From NCBI GenBank assembly GCA_030840525.1, contig JAVEEI010000134.1:1-63355 (forward strand): a stretch of 63,355 nucleotides of DNA, read 5' to 3'. The position numbers and the translations under genes are program-made. Below, one piece after another: positions 62,495 to 63,355 of this stretch. Position 1 is the first letter of the stretch; each line of letters opens with the position of its first letter. The notes below the pieces were generated by a model. It saw nothing but the letters and a program-made list of their open reading frames with translations. It was not told where the DNA came from and did not search any database. Source of the stretch: Frankiaceae bacterium. GTDB lineage: Bacteria > Actinomycetota > Actinomycetes > JAFAQI01.

Positions 62495-62686
62495 GCGGAC
62501 AGTGACGTGACGTCCGATGTGGAACGCCTTCGTCCGCGACAAGGTGCTCGGGTAAGGCCGAACCGCAGGGGGTCGGCCAGAGCGAGCATTGATCCGTCGG
62601 GCGACATTGGTCGCCTACAGGCCCGGCGGGGAGCAGAGGCGAAACCGGCGCTCTTCCAGATCAGTCTCCTGGAAGGGGAGCCGAAG

Positions 62687-63157
62687 ATGAAGCTCAACAA
62701 GAAGGTCGCCGCCGGTCTGGCCGCAGGCGCTGTCGCCGTCGCCGGTAGCGGCGTCGCCTACGCGTACTGGAGCAGCACGGGCACGGGCAGCGACAGCAGC
62801 ACGAGCACCGCGACTGTCGGCACCGTCACCTACAAGAGCACGTTCAACGCCGCGTCGCTTCAGCCCGGCACCAAGGTCTCGGTGACCTGGTCGGCGTCGA
62901 ACAGCACCCCGACCTCGCTGCAGGTCTCGGCTCCGAGCGTCGTCATCACGTCGGACAAGAACTGGTCGACCGGCCACAGCTGCGCCGAGTTCCTCAGCCT
63001 CGACGCGTCGCCCACCGGCGGCCTCGTTCCCGGCGGCTCGGTTGCGTCTCCCGGCACCTTGTCGCTCGGTTCGGCGAACCTGTCGATGAGCGACCCGTCG
63101 GACAAGGACCAGACGCCGTGCGCCGGCCAGCAGGTCACGATCGCGCTGCACAACTGA
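62687..63157 (+). CDS. TasA/camelysin-like protein with SipW-type (alternate-type) signal peptide
   Basis: RBS GGAAGGGGAG then ATG 62687. MKLNKKVAAGLAAGAVAVAGSGVAYAYWSS matches the K-K...hydrophobic...A-Y-W-S/T-D class of signal peptide. Beta-rich Ser/Thr mature part. Confidence 0.68.
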   Translation: MKLNKKVAAGLAAGAVAVAGSGVAYAYWSSTGTGSDSSTSTATVGTVTYKSTFNAASLQPGTKVSVTWSASNSTPTSLQVSAPSVVITSDKNWSTGHSCAEFLSLDASPTGGLVPGGSVASPGTLSLGSANLSMSDPSDKDQTPCAGQQVTIALHN

Positions 63158-63173
63158 CGCTGCTGATTCGCCT

Positions 63174-63204
63174 GGGGGCGAGGCGAGACGGACGCCTCGC
63201 CCCC
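63174..63204 (+). terminator. 12-bp perfect GC-rich hairpin after the TasA-like gene
   Basis: GGGGGCGAGGCG-agacgga-CGCCTCGCCCCC. Confidence 0.55.
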
Positions 63205-63244
63205 ATCGGCACTACCCCACCCCGCACAAGCTGAGGAGACGACC

Positions 63245-63355
63245 GTGAGCCTGTCGAAAGGTCTAGGGGCTTGGGCCCTGACGCCTGTCGGCGGGCTCGT
63301 TGTCGCGACCGTGGCCGCGATCACGGCGACCAGCGGTCTCATTCTCACCGGCTCG
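63245..63355 (+). CDS. 5' fragment of a membrane/secreted protein gene running off the window
   Basis: RBS GAGGAG then GTG 63245. VSLSKGLGAWALTPVGGLVVATVAAITATSGLILTGS... is open to the window end with high GC3. Confidence 0.35.
   Translation, partial: MSLSKGLGAWALTPVGGLVVATVAAITATSGLILTGS

Noticed and set aside
62210-62686. Long leader of the TasA-like gene as a c-di-GMP (GEMM-I/II) riboswitch.
   Set aside because: No ACGCAAAGC-type or GNRA/receptor features were recognisable by eye. It is kept only as an unexplained long leader.
1-63355. Mobile elements, prophage remnants, tRNA/tmRNA integration sites, toxin-antitoxin pairs or known phage-defence genes (nuclease/helicase/ATPase cassettes).
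   Set aside because: None recognised. The only nuclease is a secreted SNase-family enzyme (16689-17255) inside the sulfur gene block, and no transposase, integrase or recombinase motifs were seen. The glycan island border shows only an inverted repeat, not att-like direct repeats.

Overview
Very high-G+C actinobacterial (Actinomycetota) chromosomal segment, densely coding on both strands. I support about 65 protein genes. I saw no rRNA, tRNA, CRISPR array, transposase, integrase or recognisable phage-defence gene. All family calls are by-eye motif recognition on the translated ORFs plus third-codon-position G/C bias and start/stop geometry; no database search was run. Left part (1-25.8 kb) is largely core: mshD-glnR, two ECF sigma/anti-sigma modules, a thioredoxin / DUF4395 / rhodanese / DUF1416 block syntenic with M. 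tuberculosis Rv0814c-Rv0819, and sulfate activation genes cysD-cysN-cysQ. It also holds a separately encoded, N-terminally extended cysC, a DUF916/WxL surface-protein pair, a DsrE-like gene and an acyl-CoA dehydrogenase. Middle part (25.9-43.9 kb) is an ~18-kb envelope-glycan island. It carries two Wzx-like flippases, three GT4, a GT2 plus GT-C pair, an SGNH esterase, a SAM methyltransferase, a large HAD protein and a secreted GH5-like hydrolase with a CBM. It also carries a CDP-alcohol phosphotransferase and an operon of LicC/IPCT-like cytidylyltransferase, sn-glycerol-1-phosphate-dehydrogenase-like protein and nitrobindin-like protein. Right part (43.9-63.4 kb) is c-di-GMP signalling and surface proteins: three PAS/GGDEF/EAL proteins (one with a degenerate GGDEF), an LAxTG-anchored adhesin, an NlpC/P60 hydrolase and an AI-2E transporter. 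It also has an S8 protease with 20 tandem Trp-containing pentapeptide repeats, an ECF sigma / His-Pro-rich anti-sigma module and a TasA-like (SipW-type signal peptide) gene. Most interesting candidates: (1) a putative CDP-activated sn-glycerol-1-phosphate branch feeding the glycan island; (2) an RsbW-like ATPase plus an uncharacterised ~170-aa domain that occurs split (coupled, downstream of cysC) and fused to a PAS domain elsewhere in the window; (3) the Trp-pentapeptide tail of the S8 protease; (4) unusual RNA/DNA structures around cysD-cysN and a dispersed 32-nt 3'-end element.
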